NCBI GenBank assembly: GCA_038087875.1
Contig: JAXLNO010000531.1
Coordinates: 1-36,481 of the forward strand
Source: Malacoraja senta
Lineage: Eukaryota
Direction: 5' to 3'
Length of the DNA stretch: 36,481 nucleotides
This document shows, in pieces, positions 33,172-36,481 of the stretch; the stretch's first letter is position 1, and the number at the start of each line of letters is the position of its first letter. The position numbers and the translations under genes are program-made. The notes beneath the pieces are model-generated. The model saw only the letters and a program-made list of their open reading frames with translations. It did no database searches and was not told the origin of the DNA.

Positions 33172-33622
33172 CTACATATGATGAAAGAATTGGTCGACTG
33201 GGCTTGTAATCACTGGAATTTCGAAGGATGAGAGGTGATCTTATAGAAACGTATAAAATTCTTTAGGGATTGGACAGGCTAGATGCAGGAAAAATGTTCC
33301 CAATGTTGGGGGAATCCAGAACCAGGGGCAACAAACAGTTTAAGACTAAGGGGTCTGCCATTTAGGACTGAGATGAGGGAGAACATTTTCCACCCAGAGA
33401 GTTTTGAATCTGTGGATTCTCTTCCTCAGAAGGCAGTGGAGGCCAATTCTCTGGATGCTTTCAAGAGTTAAATTTAGCTCTTAGGGCTAACGGAATCAAG
33501 GGATATGGGGAGAAAGCAGGAACGGGGAACTGATAGTGGATGATCAGCCATGATCATATTGAATTGCGGTGCTGGCTCGAAGGGCCGAATGGTCTACTCC
33601 TGCACCCATTTTCTATGTTTCT
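33172..33622 (+). mobile_element. CR1 LINE 3' end
   Basis: LEFRRMRGDLIETYKI coding remnant followed by the standard tail ending TTCTATGTTTCT. Confidence 0.88.
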
Positions 33623-34240
33623 GTGTGGCAAGGAACTGCAGATGCTGGTTTAAATGTGAAGATAGACACAAAATGCTAGAGTAACTCGGCGGGTCAGGCA
33701 GCATCTCAGTAGAACGTGGACAGGTACAAAGTGCTGGAGTAACTCAGCGGGTCAGGCAGCATCTCAGGAGAACGTGGACAGGTACAAAGTGCTGGAGTAA
33801 CTCAGCGGGTCAGGCAGCATCTCTGGAGAACGTGGACAGGTACAAAGTGCTGGAGTAACTCAGCGGGATGGGCAGCATCTCTGGAAAGGAATGGGTGACG
33901 TCTCGGGTGGAGGACCTTCTCCAGATTGATCCATGCACCTGTCCATCTCCCCCCCCCCTCACCTTAAACTCATGTCCTTTGAACCTCAATTCTCCTACTC
34001 TGGGCAAGAGATTCTGTGCGCCTACCTGATCTATTCCTCTCAAAAATTTTACAAAACCCGTGATCTCCTTTGATGCTCTTTTTCACACCTAATACTTCCT
34101 TATTTTTGTATCTCCATCTCCCCTGATGTCATTCTTGAGAGGAGGGAGGAGGAGGGGAGGGGGAGGGGGGGGAGTGGGAGGGGAGGGGGATAGAGAGGGG
34201 GAGAACTCCCCAAAAAGTTAATCTGCAAGTCAATAAACAA

Positions 34241-35006
34241 CAGGTGCAGGAGTAGGCCATTCGGCATTTCGAGCCAGCAGCACCATTTACTGTGATCATG
34301 GCTGATCATCCACAATCAGTACCCCGTTCCTGCCTTCTCCCCATATCCCTTGACTTCCACTATCTTTAAGATCCCTATCTAACTCTCTCTTGATAGTATC
34401 CAGTGAACCGGCCTCCATCGCCCTCTGAGGCAGAGAATTGCACAGACTCACAACTCTCTGTGAGAAAAAGTGTTTCCTCATCTTTGTTCTAAATGGACGA
34501 CCCCTTATTCTTAAACTGTGTCACCCCGGGTTCTGGACTCCCCCAACATCAGGAACATGTTCCTGCCTTAATGTCCAAACCCTTAATAATCTTATATGTT
34601 TCAATAAGATCCCCCCTCACCCTTCTAAATTCCAGAGTATACAAGCCCAGCCGCTCCATTCCATCAACATATGACAGTCCTGCCATCCCGGTAATTAACC
34701 TTGTGAACCTATGCTGCACTCCCTCAATAGCAAAAACGTCCTTCCTCAAATTTAGAGACCAAAACTGCACACAATACTCCAGGTGTGGTCTCGCTAGAAG
34801 CCTATACAACTGCAGAAGGACCTCTTTGCTCCTATACTCAACTCCTCTTGTTATGAAGGCCAACAGGCCATTCGCTTTCTTCACTGCCTACTGTACCTGC
34901 ATACTTACTTTCATTGACTGATGAACAAGGACCCCCAGATCCTGTTGTACTTCCCCTTTTCCCAACTTGACACTATTCAGATAGTAATCTGCCTTCCTGT
35001 TTTTGC
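34241..35006 (-). mobile_element. CR1 LINE 3' portion (RT C-terminus and tail)
   Basis: KKANGLLAFITRGVEYRSKEVLLQLYRLLARPHLEYCVQFWS..EGVQHRFTRLI..LERLGL-like MERLGLYTLEFRRVRGDLIETYKI. Confidence 0.92.
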
Positions 35007-36481
35007 AGGGGTTTCTGCAGGAACAGATGGGATTCGAGGATGGTGTGCTGCCTTCCAGATTGGTTATCTCCGGCTTGCTTCCAGTTCCTTCTACTGGCGA
35101 GAGCAGGAACAGGGAGATACGGGACCTGAATGTGTCTGAGAAACTGGTAAAGGGGGCAGGGATTTAGATTCTTAGATCACTGGGATCTGTTTTGGAGTAA
35201 GGGGGAACTGTACAAACGGGACAGATTGCATCTTAACAGGTGGGGACCAGCATTATGGCAGGCAGGTTTGCCACTGCTACACGGGTGGTTTTAAACTGAA
35301 TGGGGTGTCAAATGGGATAGTCGAGGATGGACTTAAAGGTGAAAGAGAGTAAAGGGATAGTTAATGACCCCAGAATTAACGGGAAAGGAAGCTCCACAAA
35401 GGGATAGGAGAGTATGGCCAAGTGTAATAGGGATCGATGTGAAAGGTGAGATGCGTAAGGAATTAAAAGTATTGTATATGAATGCGCGAAGTATAAGAAG
35501 TAAAGTAGATGAGCTTGAGGCTCAGTTAGAGGTTGGTAGATATGACATTGTGGGGATTACTGAGACGTGGCTGCAGGAGGATCGGGCCTGGGAACTTACT
35601 ATTCAGGGTTATACATCCTATAGAAAGAACAGGCAGGTGGGCAGAGGAGGGGGGTAGCTCTACTGGTGAGCGATGGAATTCAGTCCCTTGCGAGGGAAGA
35701 CATAGGGACTGACGAGGTAGAGTCACTGTGGATTGAGTTGAGGAATTGTAAAGGCAAGAAGACACTAACTGGTGTTATCTACAGACCCCCAAATAGCAGC
35801 TCGGATGTAGGGTGTAAGTTGCAGCAGGAGTTAAATCTGGCATGTAACAAAGGTAATGCCACTGTGGTGATGGGGAATTTCAATATACAGGTAGACTGGG
35901 AAAATCAGGTTGGTTCAGGACCCCAAGAAAGAGTTTGTAGAATCCCTCCGAGATGGATTCTTGGAGCAGCTTGTAATGGAGCCGACCAGAGAAAAGGCAA
36001 TTCTGGATTTAGTGTTGTCCAATGAACCAGATATGTAAGAGAACTCGAGGTAAAGGAACCACTTGGAGGTAGTGATCATAATATGTTTTAATCTGCAATT
36101 AGTTTTAATCTGCAATTTGAGAAGGAGAAGGTTATATCGGAAGTGTCAGTGATGCAGTTGAACAAAGGGGGCGATGAAGGCATGAGAGGGGAGCTGGCCA
36201 AGGTAGACTGGAAAGGGATCCTAGCAGGAATGACGGTAGAACAGCAATGGCAGGAATTTCTGGGCATAATCCGGAAGACGCAGGATAATTTCATTCCAAA
36301 AAGGAAGAAAGATTCTAAGGGGAGTAGGAGGCAACCGTGGTTGACAAGAGAAGTTAGGGATAGAATAAAACTAAAGAAAAGATGTATAACACAGCAAAGA
36401 GTAGCCGGAAGCCAGAGGATTGGGAAACCTTGATAGGGCAACAGAAGGAAGCAAAACGTGCAATACGGGCTGAAAAGATGA
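35007..36481 (+). mobile_element. CR1 LINE: ORF1 SGNH-esterase C-terminus and ORF2 AP endonuclease, running off the window
   Basis: RMVCCLP..VISGLLPVP..GFRFLDHWDLFW..LHLN (ORF1); LKVLYMNARSIRSKVDEL..DIVGITETWL..GVIYRPPN..VMGNFN..GGSDHN (APE); several stops and frameshifts. Confidence 0.92.

Overview
Eukaryotic, repeat-dense vertebrate DNA. The repeat content (CR1/HER1-type LINE tails, HE1-type V-SINEs, Penelope-like elements, Rex1/Babar LINEs) points to a cartilaginous fish, most likely a skate or ray (inference). Almost all ORF-track entries are transposon remnants or low-complexity artefacts. From left to right the window holds: two Tx1-clade LINE pieces and a complete Passport-like Tc1 transposon stacked in one (GA)n tract; nested CR1/hAT-MITE/solo-LTR insertions; Rex1 and Penelope fragments; the 5' half of a Gypsy element (LTR, tRNA-Trp PBS, gag, -1 slippery site, protease); a complete ~1.95 kb non-autonomous Helitron filled with minisatellites; and a ~1.5 kb tandem duplication. 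The only host gene is a frameshifted multi-C2H2 zinc-finger gene on the minus strand (28.1-29.4 kb) with promoter-like/CpG-rich sequence upstream. The most notable unexplained structure is a 54-bp minisatellite at 31.34-31.97 kb whose units each resemble a full-length CTCF site (core plus correctly spaced upstream motif), all in one orientation. Also notable are many Penelope-associated hammerhead-ribozyme-like cores and a CR1 junction with twin-priming geometry. Boundaries of decayed repeats are approximate and read by eye.
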